From positions 128,879 to 192,878 of the forward strand of contig CAWVLT010000016.1 in NCBI GenBank assembly GCA_963930185.1: a stretch of 64,000 nucleotides of DNA, read 5' to 3'. Positions 18,692-28,478 of the stretch are shown piece by piece. The position numbers were made by a program, and so were the translations under genes. Position 1 is the stretch's first letter; every line of letters begins with the position of its first letter. The notes under the pieces are model-generated. The model was not told the origin of the DNA. It worked only from the letters and a program-made list of their open reading frames with translations, and did no database searches. The DNA comes from Coriobacteriia bacterium (GTDB lineage: Bacteria > Actinomycetota > Coriobacteriia > Coriobacteriales > UMGS124).

Positions 18692-20680
18692 ATGTCTGAG
18701 TCAATCGCTCGCAGGGACTTCGTCAAGGGCGCCGCCGCCGTCACCGGCGCCGCCATGATCGCCGGCAGCGCCACCGTCGCGCTGGCCGAGGAGGCCGCAT
18801 CCTACACCGCCGGCACCTACACCGGCACGGGCGAGGGCGTGGGCACCGTCACCGCCACCGTCACGTTCGACGAGACCAGCATCACCGACGTCCAGATCGA
18901 CGTCTCGGGCGAGACCATCTTCGTGGGTGGCCAGATCGGCGAGGCCCTGCAGGGCTCGTTCATGGACGCCCAGAGCGACCAGATCGACGTCATCGCCGGC
19001 TGCACCATGACCTGCTACGGCGCCATGAAGGCCGTCAAGAGCTGCATCGCCCAGGCCAAGGGCGAGACCTTGCCCGAGGTGCCCACCTTCTCGATGGGCA
19101 GCGACGAGGACTGGCTGGGCGAGGAGCCCCAGATCGACGAGGCCCAGATCGCCGAGACCTGGGACACCGACATCCTGATCGTGGGCGCCGGCAACGCCGG
19201 CATGGCCGCTGCGGCCTACGCCGCCGAGAACGGCCTGAACTTCCGCGTCATCGACACCTACAACTCGCCGCAGGACACCCGTCACTGGTTCGGCGCTGTT
19301 GACTCCGCCGCCGCCCAAGCCGCCGGCTGCGAGCCCATGAACCGCCACAAGCTGCTCTCCGAGATCAGCCGCTACGCCTCGGGCAAGTGCAACCAGAGCG
19401 TCGTGAAGACCTGGATCAACGAGTCCGCCGCCCTGTACGACTTCGTCGCAGGCATCCTGGAGAACGACCCCTACAACTACACCTGCACGTTCACCAGCGG
19501 CGAGGCCGCCCGCTGGCCCGACGAGTGCAGCGAGGACAACACCGTCTACATGTTCCCCGAGATGGAGCACACCTACGTCGGCTCCGAGAAGGCGCGCAAC
19601 GTCGTGTTCCAGGAGGTCGTGGAGAAGGACGGCTACTCCGTCGACTTCAACACCACCCTGGTGAAGCTCGAGAAGAACGACGAGGGCCGCGTTACCGGCA
19701 TCATCGCCCAGAACATCCTGACCGGTGACCTCATCCGCATCAACGCCGCCTCCGGCGTGATCCTGGCATGCGGCGGCTACGAGGGCAACCCCTACATGAT
19801 GCAGCAGCTCGACCCCGAGAGCACCAGCGTCATCACCTGCACCAACGCCGCCCCTCGCTGCCGCGGCGTGGGCATCCGCGCGGCCATCTGGGCCGGTGCC
19901 GCTATGGACAAGGAGCCCGCGACGATGATCTTCGACCGCGGCCTGGTGGCCCCGGACGTGAATGCCGGCTACGTCGACAACGAGAAGGCCTTCGCCGGCA
20001 AGGACTGGCCGGGCACCCTCAAGCAGTTCAACTCCGGCACCCAGCCCTTCCTCAAGGTGAACCGCAACGGCGAGCGCTTCGCCAACGAGAGCAGCCCCTA
20101 CAACGACATCCTCTACGCAGGCGGCAACCAGCCCGGCGGCGTGTACTGCCAGGTCTTTGACGCCAACTACTACGAGGACGTGCTGCGCTTCTACACCATC
20201 GGCTGCTCGGCCGGCTCCCAGCAGGAAGGCGCCATGGAGAACAGCCTGGCCACCTACGAGCCGCAGGGCCTGGTGATGAAGGCCGACACCATCGAGGAGC
20301 TGGCCGAGAAGCTGGGCTTCGAGGGCGAGGCCAAGGACAACTTCCTGGCCACCGTCGAGCGCTACAACGAGCTCTTCGACGCGCAGGACGACGAGGACTT
20401 CGGCAAGCCCGCCATCCGCCTCTCGGAGATCCGCACCGCGCCGTTCTACGGCTGCTGGCTGGGCGGCTCGCTGCTGTGCACGATGCAGGGCATCGCCATC
20501 AACGGCGACTGTCAGGCGCTTGACAACGACCGCGCGCCCATCGAGGGCCTCTACGTCGTGGGCAACAACGCCGGCGGCATGTTCTCGGGCAACTACCCCT
20601 GCCTGATGCCCGGCCTGCGCTGCGGCAGCGCCCAGGTGCAGGGCATCCACGCCGTCAAGGTGCTCGGCGGCCTGGCGTAA
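18692..20680 (+). CDS. Tat-exported flavoprotein reductase with N-terminal FMN_bind domain plus FAD_binding_2 domain (reductase B; UrdA-like architecture)
   Basis: ATG 18692 follows AAGAAAGGAAG. Tat signal MSESIARRDFVKGAAAVTGAAMIAGSATVALA. FMN_bind-like YTAGTYTGTGEG...IDVIAGCTMTCYGAMKAV. FAD fold DILIVGAGNAGMAAAAYAAENG. C-terminal IEGLYVVGNNAGG. Confidence 0.85.
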   Translation: MSESIARRDFVKGAAAVTGAAMIAGSATVALAEEAASYTAGTYTGTGEGVGTVTATVTFDETSITDVQIDVSGETIFVGGQIGEALQGSFMDAQSDQIDVIAGCTMTCYGAMKAVKSCIAQAKGETLPEVPTFSMGSDEDWLGEEPQIDEAQIAETWDTDILIVGAGNAGMAAAAYAAENGLNFRVIDTYNSPQDTRHWFGAVDSAAAQAAGCEPMNRHKLLSEISRYASGKCNQSVVKTWINESAALYDFVAGILENDPYNYTCTFTSGEAARWPDECSEDNTVYMFPEMEHTYVGSEKARNVVFQEVVEKDGYSVDFNTTLVKLEKNDEGRVTGIIAQNILTGDLIRINAASGVILACGGYEGNPYMMQQLDPESTSVITCTNAAPRCRGVGIRAAIWAGAAMDKEPATMIFDRGLVAPDVNAGYVDNEKAFAGKDWPGTLKQFNSGTQPFLKVNRNGERFANESSPYNDILYAGGNQPGGVYCQVFDANYYEDVLRFYTIGCSAGSQQEGAMENSLATYEPQGLVMKADTIEELAEKLGFEGEAKDNFLATVERYNELFDAQDDEDFGKPAIRLSEIRTAPFYGCWLGGSLLCTMQGIAINGDCQALDNDRAPIEGLYVVGNNAGGMFSGNYPCLMPGLRCGSAQVQGIHAVKVLGGLA

Positions 20681-20754
20681 GATCCGAGGCAACAAGGCGC
20701 CAGCCCCAAGCAAGGCCACGGCAACAAGGTGCCGGCATAAGAGCGCTGCAACCG

Positions 20755-20787
20755 GGAGGGCCCGTCGCAAAACGCGGCGGGCCCTCC
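20755..20787 (+). terminator. GC-rich hairpin downstream of reductase B
   Basis: GGAGGGCCCGTCGC-AAAAC-GCGGCGGGCCCTCC has 13 of 14 arm positions paired and is followed by TGCCTTTAC. The T-tract is weak. Confidence 0.45.
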
Positions 20788-20940
20788 TGCCTTTACGTCT
20801 GCCGCAAAGCCGACCGCGTTGTGGAGCCGGTCACACCACGGAGACGATCAGACCACAAGCCCGACCGCAAGGTCCAACCACGGGGCTTCTCGGCTTGGGA
20901 TCCCCTTCGCTTGCCTGGCTTGCGACGAAACGGCGAGATA

Positions 20941-21129
20941 TATCCAGAAAAAGGGGGATCGGACTGCATCGAGACGGGCGATGCGCGACCGGCGAAAGGG
21001 TATGTTTGGATAACGTCCATCGGCATACGCTTCCTACCTGCACTTTCTCTAGCCAGCACGCGGGATGTGTTACAAATCCCCGAGCTTGGGACGAGTTCCA
21101 GTGCAGTCCGATCCCCCTTTTTCTGGATA
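20941..21129. repeat. Perfect 28-bp inverted repeat pair around a 133-bp spacer (MITE-like or long hairpin)
   Basis: TATCCAGAAAAAGGGGGATCGGACTGCA at 20941-20968 is exactly complementary to TGCAGTCCGATCCCCCTTTTTCTGGATA at 21102-21129. It lies in the 850-bp convergent gap between reductases B and C. Confidence 0.8.
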
Positions 21130-21529
21130 CATCGGCCGAGTTCGCCGCACGGGGCATGGCGCGGCATGCCCCAACGTTTCTCTGGAGCGTCAATCTGCCT
21201 CTCGCGCATGCCCCTCTTCGTTAAAGAGCGCGCCATGGCACCTTTCCGTGCCCAGCAGCACCGCTCCTACGAATATAGCATCCTTGGGCACGGGGTTAGA
21301 CCGGCCTCCGTACCATCCGGAACACATGACCAACAGTCAGGATGAAAACGGCGATCCCGTCAAACTCAAGGCATATAACGTCCCGAAAGAGACATCCCAT
21401 GTCCGAGATTTGGCAGGATCACCAAGCTTGCGAAACCATTTATTTAGTAGAGCCAAACCATTTACTAGAGCCATGGGCCGCCGTAAAGGAGCGTCAGCGA
21501 CACGCAGCGGCACCGAGGGTTACAGGCCA

Positions 21530-23182
21530 TTACGCCTTAAGGTCATCTCCGGCGGGCACGTAGCCGGTGCCGTCGCCCATAACAGACTCAACGATGTCAT
21601 CGATCGCAAAACGCGCACCCACGGCAGCAAAGCTCTGCTGCGAGCCAACGGCGACCAACACATCGTACATATAGCCATACAGTCCGCCTGCATCGCTACC
21701 ACAGGCATAGAGACCCTTAATGGCGCTGCCTTCGGGCGTTAGAACACGGCTGCGCTCGTCAACACGCAAGCCACCGATCGTAGTCATGAACACCGGGGTG
21801 GTCTTGACGCCGTAGAACGGGGCAGCCTTAACGGGAATGAGGTACTTCGGGTCCTTGAGGAAGTCGGAGTCGTAGCCGGCGTCACACAGCTCATTGTAGT
21901 GATCGACCGTGTCCTTGAGGGCGACCGGGTCAAGGCCCATCTGCTCAGCAAGCTCCTCGATGGTGTCGGCCTTCCAGACCTTGAATTCGTCACCCTGGAC
22001 GTAGCCCTCAACGAGCTCCATGCCGTCGGGGAAGGGAGTACCCACGGGAGCGTCTCCCGAGCACTCGCAGATGATGCCTTCGCACTGCTGCTTGAGGAAG
22101 TCGGTGTCCAGGATGTTGTAGCTTGCAACCTGGGTCGAGCGGCTCTCGCCATAGGCGACGAAGCTGTCTACGAGCCCCTCGCTGGTGAAGCGCTTGGCGC
22201 TCTCGTTAACCCAAAGCGTGGGGACGATGCCGACCAGGCAGCGAACGGGATGGGCCTCCTCGACGCGCTTGCCAGAAACCTCACTGTAGTCCGCCATGAC
22301 CGCACCGAGACGGAAGGTGTCGGCACCGGCAGCCATACCCATCAGGATGCAATCGCCGTCACGGCCGGGAGTGCCCTTCCAGGAGGTATAACCAGCGGAG
22401 AGATCCTCCTCTTCCTCGGAGATGAACCTCCAGCCGGTGTAAGTGTTCACCATCTCACGGTTACAGGGATAGCCGCCCGAGCACATAATGACGGCCTTTG
22501 TGTTGAACTGGACGCCCCTGCCGTCTTTGTCCGTAGCAATGACGCCGGCAACGGATCCATCCTCGGCCATAAGGAGCTGCTTGGCGGGCATCTCGGTATA
22601 GATCTGGGCGCCAGCAGCCTGGGCAGCCTCGGCGATGATAGCGCAGTGTCCGCCACGCTCAGTGTAGACATGCCAAGTAGGAACGACGCCCCAGCTCGAG
22701 CGGATGCCGCTGAAAGTCACGCCGTGATCCATGAGCCAGTCCACGGTGTCTCCGGCATGCTCGAGCCAACGACGGCAGATGCGTGGGTTGTTGGACCAGT
22801 GACCAAACTCCTCGATCTGCTGGAAGTAAGAGTCGGTGTCGTCGTCATATCCCTCCTCGAGCTGAAGTCTGGACATGCAACCGAACATGCCCTCGGCAGT
22901 GGCGGAGGTGCCGCCGATGTAGCCGAGCTTTTCGATCAGTGCGACGTTGAGACCGGCCTCCGCACCGGCGAGCGCGGCGCACAACCCAGACATGCCGGCA
23001 CCAATGATAACGACGTCGCATTCAATGGTCTGCTCGACCACAATCTGCTCCTCGGTGGGTTGGACAGCCTCCTCAGCACCCGCGAACCTGACCATGCCGG
23101 CCGCCTGAGTGCACAGCGCGGCAGCACCTGCCGCCGAGACAGCACCCTTCAAGAATGTACGGCGGTTCATGTCAGCAACCAT
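21530..23182 (-). CDS. Tat-exported FAD-dependent oxidoreductase, fumarate reductase family (reductase C)
   Basis: MVADMNRRTFLKGAVSAAGAAALCTQAAG (Tat signal); DVVIIGAGMSGLCAALAGAEAGLNVALIEK; C-terminal IKGLYACGSDAGG. RBS GAAAGGGG. GC is visibly lower than in neighbouring genes. Confidence 0.85.
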   Translation of the reverse strand: MVADMNRRTFLKGAVSAAGAAALCTQAAGMVRFAGAEEAVQPTEEQIVVEQTIECDVVIIGAGMSGLCAALAGAEAGLNVALIEKLGYIGGTSATAEGMFGCMSRLQLEEGYDDDTDSYFQQIEEFGHWSNNPRICRRWLEHAGDTVDWLMDHGVTFSGIRSSWGVVPTWHVYTERGGHCAIIAEAAQAAGAQIYTEMPAKQLLMAEDGSVAGVIATDKDGRGVQFNTKAVIMCSGGYPCNREMVNTYTGWRFISEEEEDLSAGYTSWKGTPGRDGDCILMGMAAGADTFRLGAVMADYSEVSGKRVEEAHPVRCLVGIVPTLWVNESAKRFTSEGLVDSFVAYGESRSTQVASYNILDTDFLKQQCEGIICECSGDAPVGTPFPDGMELVEGYVQGDEFKVWKADTIEELAEQMGLDPVALKDTVDHYNELCDAGYDSDFLKDPKYLIPVKAAPFYGVKTTPVFMTTIGGLRVDERSRVLTPEGSAIKGLYACGSDAGGLYGYMYDVLVAVGSQQSFAAVGARFAIDDIVESVMGDGTGYVPAGDDLKA

Positions 23183-23455
23183 GATAAAGCCCCTTTCTGC
23201 ATGCCTTCCATTTACTCTAATGTAGCCCGTTGCGCCCTCGCGAGAAGCACAGACACGTCAGGCGTCCTTCACGCCTGTCTCTGCGCCTTGCTCTCCCATC
23301 GAGTGTCCGAAGCATCGAGCACGAGTCGAATACTAGGCACACAGACCCAACCTCGAACAGCACATGCAGAAGGTGATCGGCATCCCATGAATCAGGTGAT
23401 TTCAAAGAAATGGCTGGCAGATTGCTTGATGCTCCTGACAAAGCTCCCCAGGGAG

Positions 23456-24964
23456 CTAGATCGGGGCATCACTGGCATTGGAGCCCGAAGCTGGGTCAGG
23501 GTCAGGGTCAGGGTCAAGACCGTTCTCGCCTCCTTCGACCATATCGATGAGCTGTTGTCGCGTGTGAACCTTTAACTTCGCATAGATATGCTTGATGTGA
23601 GATGCGACGGTGTTCAGGGAGATGACGAGCTCGTCACGAATGAACGGAGCGCTCCTTCCCTTGACGAGAAGGGCCAGTATTTCCGTCTCACGTGGAGAGA
23701 GTCCATACGCGCGTGCAACCACCCCAAGGCGTTCTTCGAATACGCGGCGCTCATCCTCGGCCCTAGCCCCTTCATCAAGTTGGTTCCTGTCTTCGGCGCC
23801 GTCGAGTGCCTCCTTCGCTCCCCCATCTCGATTCGCCCCGCGCGCAGCAACGAGCGCAAGCGCGAATAGCAAGGCAAGCAGAACGATGCAGGACATGGCA
23901 TTAAACGATGGCGGGTCGTTCCGGGAAACACCCTCGGCCCAAAAACCCAAAGACAGCCCAATGAGACCGCTCGCATGATTTATGAGCCAGATTACGCCAA
24001 AGGTAAACGCCGCATTGCCAAACCCCCGCCCAACAAGACTGGCCGCATACAGAATCAGGAGGTACTGGCATAGCAACATAAGAGCGAAAGCAACGGCTCC
24101 CGCCAGTGACGGGGAGAGCCCGAGCCCGCACGCGACGACCGTCGCCACCAAGAAAGCCGAGGTGATTGTGCATATCGATCCGACGGAAAACCCCTCCGCA
24201 AATCGCATGAAGCCGACAAGAGCTACGATAAAGAGCAGGAGGCCGGCAAGCAATGTGATGTCCAAACCTGAACTCATGGAAGGAAGCACCACATGGTAGT
24301 TGATCAAATAGTACAAAATGGCGATTGGACCTCCAAGGCAGACAACCATTCGAGCCACGAACTTCGCAGTGAGGTCTATAGGGGCATGCTCGGTACGATC
24401 CGTTTCGCCATCATCCAGCTGCGAGACCCGCCCGAGGGCAAGCACGTACAGAATGCTTGCAACCGGGGCAAGCACCACGAGGATGAAACGACGGGCAGCA
24501 GCCGGAACGGAAAGGGCCACCGCAATCACCAGCGCCTGCGTCGTCGCAGAGGCAATTGCCGTTCGCTCGCCCATCTCTGTATCAAGTGCCGAATAGACGT
24601 CACCCCAGCTCACCCATAGCCATGCATTGGCGAGACTTGCCATCACCATCCCGCCGACAACCGCAAGGGGGCGTGACGCCAACAAGACAAGGAGCGACCC
24701 TATCGCGTTCACGAAACCGGCAGCCAAAGAAAGCGCCTCTCTGTGGGAGATCAAGTCCCGTTTATGGCTGGCAATCACAATTGCCAAAGTGCCCAGCGCA
24801 ACCGTGAGTGACGACACAATGCTGAGCAGAGGAAGACCGGGAGCCAGGCCGCTCAGGACAAAGTCATCGCCCCTGATGTAAAACATGCAAATTGACCATG
24901 CCTCAAGCAGACCATACCCGAGATAAGGAAAATAGACTGACAACCTCATACGCCACGTCCCCAT
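23456..24964 (-). CDS. Multi-TM LuxR-family transcriptional regulator (LuxR-C)
   Basis: A polytopic membrane domain is followed by LSPRETEILALLVKGRSAPFIRDELVISLNTVASHIKHIYAKLKVHTRQQLIDMV. The start is uncertain (ATG 24964 or 24949). It sits upstream of reductase C on the same strand. Confidence 0.8.
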   Translation of the reverse strand: MGTWRMRLSVYFPYLGYGLLEAWSICMFYIRGDDFVLSGLAPGLPLLSIVSSLTVALGTLAIVIASHKRDLISHREALSLAAGFVNAIGSLLVLLASRPLAVVGGMVMASLANAWLWVSWGDVYSALDTEMGERTAIASATTQALVIAVALSVPAAARRFILVVLAPVASILYVLALGRVSQLDDGETDRTEHAPIDLTAKFVARMVVCLGGPIAILYYLINYHVVLPSMSSGLDITLLAGLLLFIVALVGFMRFAEGFSVGSICTITSAFLVATVVACGLGLSPSLAGAVAFALMLLCQYLLILYAASLVGRGFGNAAFTFGVIWLINHASGLIGLSLGFWAEGVSRNDPPSFNAMSCIVLLALLFALALVAARGANRDGGAKEALDGAEDRNQLDEGARAEDERRVFEERLGVVARAYGLSPRETEILALLVKGRSAPFIRDELVISLNTVASHIKHIYAKLKVHTRQQLIDMVEGGENGLDPDPDPDPASGSNASDAPI

Positions 24965-25193
24965 ATCAGTGCCACACGCGTCCGACACGTCGATACATCC
25001 AGTGACACAATAGTGCCACTGAAACAGGATGTCACACAATTCCCTGAGCAACTCGATACGCCTGTATTTGGCGGACACGAACTTCGTCCCCCAAGAATCC
25101 CATATCTGCTATTGTTACGGTACAAACCCGGCCGATGCGCCGCCAGAGCCCAAACCGGACAGCCGCCGTCTCCCGCAAAGGCCAGGTCGCCCA

Positions 25194-26590
25194 ATGACAA
25201 CCCCGCACGTGAGCATCGAACAGCCAGGCACGTCATTCGTCCACAGGGCAAGGCGCGCCCGCTTCGCCCTGGCCGCGCTGGGATTCACCCTGTTCTACTC
25301 GGTCGCGGTCATCTTCTTCTACTACGAATGGCTGTTCACGACGGGATCCCCCGTCGACCCACTCGCATACGGCGCCACGCTTAACGTCACGTTGCTGCTG
25401 GCAGCGCTGGCCGAGCAGCAAATCCTCCCTCGCCTCAAGGACGGGCGCGCCCTGCTTGCGGTCGGCGGCGCGGCGTATCTCCTCGCCTGCTGTCTGCTCG
25501 TTGCGTCGGGCAACGGGGCGCGCGTCGCCGTCGTGTGCGCGGCCGGGGCATGCGCGGGCGTGGGTGCGGCGCTACTCGCCTCGCTTTGGCTCGACAGGCT
25601 CGGCTGCCTCTCCAACCGCGAGCCCGCCTACGTGCTGGGAATCGCGTCGCTGGCCAGCATCCCCATATCGGTGCTTGTGGGCCTTGCTCCCCTCTTCCCC
25701 ATGGCCGCCGCATGCGTCCTGCTGCTTGCCGGGTCATGCGCCTTACTCGTCAAGCTCGGAGCGGCAGGCGCCCTTGATATGGAAGGCGCACAAAGAGGGG
25801 CGGTACGAGACACGCACACAGAAACGCAGGCTGGAGAGCAGGCAGAAGGGCAGATCGGAGTGCCAGCCGTCGGTACCGCGGCCCCCGACGTCCCCGCGCA
25901 GGAACGGCAAGGCGCGGGAACAAGCCCCTGGTCGCGCCTCGTCGTGCCGCTAGCGTACGTACGTGGCCATCCTCTCGTTTGTGTACGGAACGCTCGATGA
26001 CGTGGCCATGACCACCTCAGTCACCTCTCCGGACGACTCGGGCATCGTCTCCCAGGTCTGCAGCCTCGTGACCGTGGCCGTGTTTCTCGCCTACGTGCAC
26101 TTCGACGGCCATCGGTACGCGACCCTCCTCAACGTCGCTGTGGGCATCGTGGCCACCGGGCTCATCTTCCTGCCGTTCCTCGGATACAGCTATAACCTGC
26201 TGCTCATGGTGCTCACCCACATCGGCTGGGAGCTATCGCTGCTCGTGTCGTACGCGCTTGCCGTGGAGGTCGCCCGCGGCGATCGACGTCGCCTTCTCGG
26301 CGTGGGCGCGCTGGTGTTCGCGGCCCCGCGCCCGTTCGTCATCGCCGGATCGGCCGTCGTCAACCTCATCGCCGGCACGGGCTCCCGAGATGGCGGCGCA
26401 GGTTCGGCTGCCGGCAACCTCGAGTTCGCCCACATGGTCGTCATCGCCTGCGTGCTGCTCTACGTGACCATGCTCGCCATCTGGCTGCTCACGAATCGCG
26501 AGAAACGCAGGGCCGAGCGAGACCTTGCCCGTCGCGACGAGGTCATCCGTCGCTTCGTCACCGCACGCGACGACCTCTACGCCCTAGCAT
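25194..26590 (+). pseudogene. Decayed multi-TM LuxR-type regulator (LuxR-D): frameshifted and lacking the HTH domain
   Basis: The membrane domain is split between track ORFs 25029-26000 and 25963-26799. Removing one GTAC of the GTACGTAC at 25955-25962 restores ...VVPLAYVAILSFVYGTLDD.... No GerE HTH follows the last TM/linker (..RRDEVIRRFVTARDDLYALACEL). Confidence 0.65.
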
Positions 26591-26653
26591 GCGAGTTGCA
26601 ACGACACCGCGCGCATCGCCGCACCGGCGCTCGAGCAGATCCCCCAGCGCATC

Positions 26654-28273
26654 GTGGAGACGCAGGGCCTGGGCGTCAACACGGTGGCAGGCGCCACATT
26701 CACCTCGATCGGCATCGTCAACGCCGTGGCGGACTGCGTCGAGCAGGCCGGCGGGTCGTCGGACGAGCTGTTCTCCACCGGCAAGCCCCAGCCCAATGAT
26801 GCGGTTGAGGAGCTCGAGGCCGACGTCGTGGTCGTGGGCGCCGGCGCGGCCGGCATGGGCGCCGCCATCGCGGCGGCGCAGCAGGGTGCCAGCGTCATCG
26901 TGTTTGAGAAGAACGCCAACATCGGCGGCAACTGCCTGGTGTCGGGCGGCTACCTCGAGTACATCACCGCGCCGGACGACGCCCGCCCCGAGATGACCGA
27001 GGCGCTCGACCGCTACGTGGAGGAGGTGCTCGCCAGCGACCTGGTGACCTCCACCGACCCTGACCTGGTGGAGCAGGTGCTTCAGCAGTACGAGGACCAC
27101 AAGGCATCGGGCTCGACCAAGCTCTTCGACTCGCCCGAGTTCTACGCGCTCGACTACACGGCGACCTCCGGCGAGGGCCTGACCCCGGCCGACTACCTGC
27201 CCGTCGGCTACAACATCGCCGAACTCAACGGCTGGATGACCGACCTGGGCTTCGAGTGGGCCACGCCCACCCACGAGATCACCGGCCACCTCTATCCCCG
27301 CTGGTCAAATCCCACCGAGGGCAACGCGGGCGAGGGGTACTTCGACTTCTTCGACCGCGTGCTCGCAGACGACACCCTGCAGGTCAGCGTGTACCTGGCG
27401 ACGCCGGCAACCTCGCTCGTCACCGAGGGCGGCGCGGTGAGCGGCGTGAACGCCCAGGCGGCAGACGGCACCATCTACGTCATCCGCGCGCCCAAGGTCA
27501 TCCTTGCAAGTGGCGGTTTCTCCGGTAGCCCCGACCTGCTGCGCCAGTACAACACGCAGTGGAGCTATCCGGAGGGTAACATCCCCACGACCAACGTCAA
27601 CGGCCACACGGGTGACGGCATCAAGATGGCAACCGAGCTGGGAGCCGCGACCGTCGACATGGGCAACCAGATGCTCTTCCCGCTCAACGAGCCGACCACC
27701 TATTCCGCCGACTACGTGTCGGGCACCTTCGCCGACAGCCCGCTCATCAACAAGGAGGGCAAGCGGTTCGTCGACGAGACCTGCGACCGCTTCACCATGG
27801 CGGCGGCGCTCATGGAGCAGACCGACAACCTGTGCTACATGGTGAGCGACGCGGCGAGCACCTACGTGATGCCCTCGACCCCCGGCGAGGAGTCGCTCAT
27901 CGAGCACGGCCGGCTCTACCGCGCCGACACCCTCGAGGAGCTTGCTGAGCAGATCGGCGTGCCTGCCGACGCGTTCGTTGCCGAGATCGAGCGCTACAAC
28001 GGCTTCTGCGACGCCGGGCAGGACGATGACTTTGGCCGCTACCTCTTTGACGAGCTGAGCCCCGTGCGCGAGGCGCCCTTCTACGCCTCGCCCGCGACGT
28101 GGGCCGCACACATCACCATCGGCGGCCTGGTGACCGACGAGAACTTCCAGGTGCTCACCGAAGCGGGCGACGCCATCGAAGGGCTGTATGCGGCCGGCGA
28201 GGTGCGCAACGGCATCTGCGGCGTGAGCAGCATTGCCGACGGTATGGCGGCAGGCAAGATCCCGCTGGCGTAA
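26654..28273 (+). pseudogene. 5'-truncated flavoprotein reductase (reductase D): signal peptide and first half of the FMN_bind domain are missing
   Basis: The frame opens after TAG 26585 as HASCNDTARIAAPALEQIPQRIVETQGLGVNTVAGATFTSIGIVNAVADCVEQAG, which is the C-terminal half of an FMN_bind domain. An intact FAD domain follows (DVVVVGAGAAGMGAAIAAAQQGASVIVFEK ... IEGLYAAGE). There is no Tat signal and no ATG; the only possible start is GTG 26654. It could still yield a cytoplasmic protein. Confidence 0.55.
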
Positions 28274-28301
28274 GCCGGGAGGCGGCCAGAGCGCAGACAA
28301 A

Positions 28302-28371
28302 GGGCGGCAGACTGCATACTTTCGGACATCTTCAGCGCCTAGAATGTCCGGATACATGCAGTCTGCCGCCC
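28302..28371. repeat. REP-like imperfect palindrome (family copy 2) after the reductase D stop
   Basis: GGGCGGCAGACTGCATACTTTCGGACAT ...14 nt... ATGTCCGGATACATGCAGTCTGCCGCCC. The outer 16 bp are perfectly complementary. Confidence 0.65.
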
Positions 28372-28478
28372 ATAGCTACGCAGTGCCAGAATCGCGCGTA
28401 ATGCACGCCCCGCACATTCCACGCAAGCAAAAACTATCCCGTCGGCCTTAAAATACGAGAAGATACCGCCGGGAATGG

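Noticed and set aside
18701-20770. 689-aa minus-strand ORF opposite reductase B
   Set aside because: Antisense artefact of a high-GC gene: no motifs, a low-complexity Gly/Ala/Val/Asp/His-rich sequence and no RBS.
20793-21742. Six overlapping 60-225-aa ORFs in the reductase B/C convergent gap
   Set aside because: They overlap one another in different frames and have no RBS. Several exist only because both arms of the 28-bp inverted repeat translate similarly (..IQKKGDRTA..).
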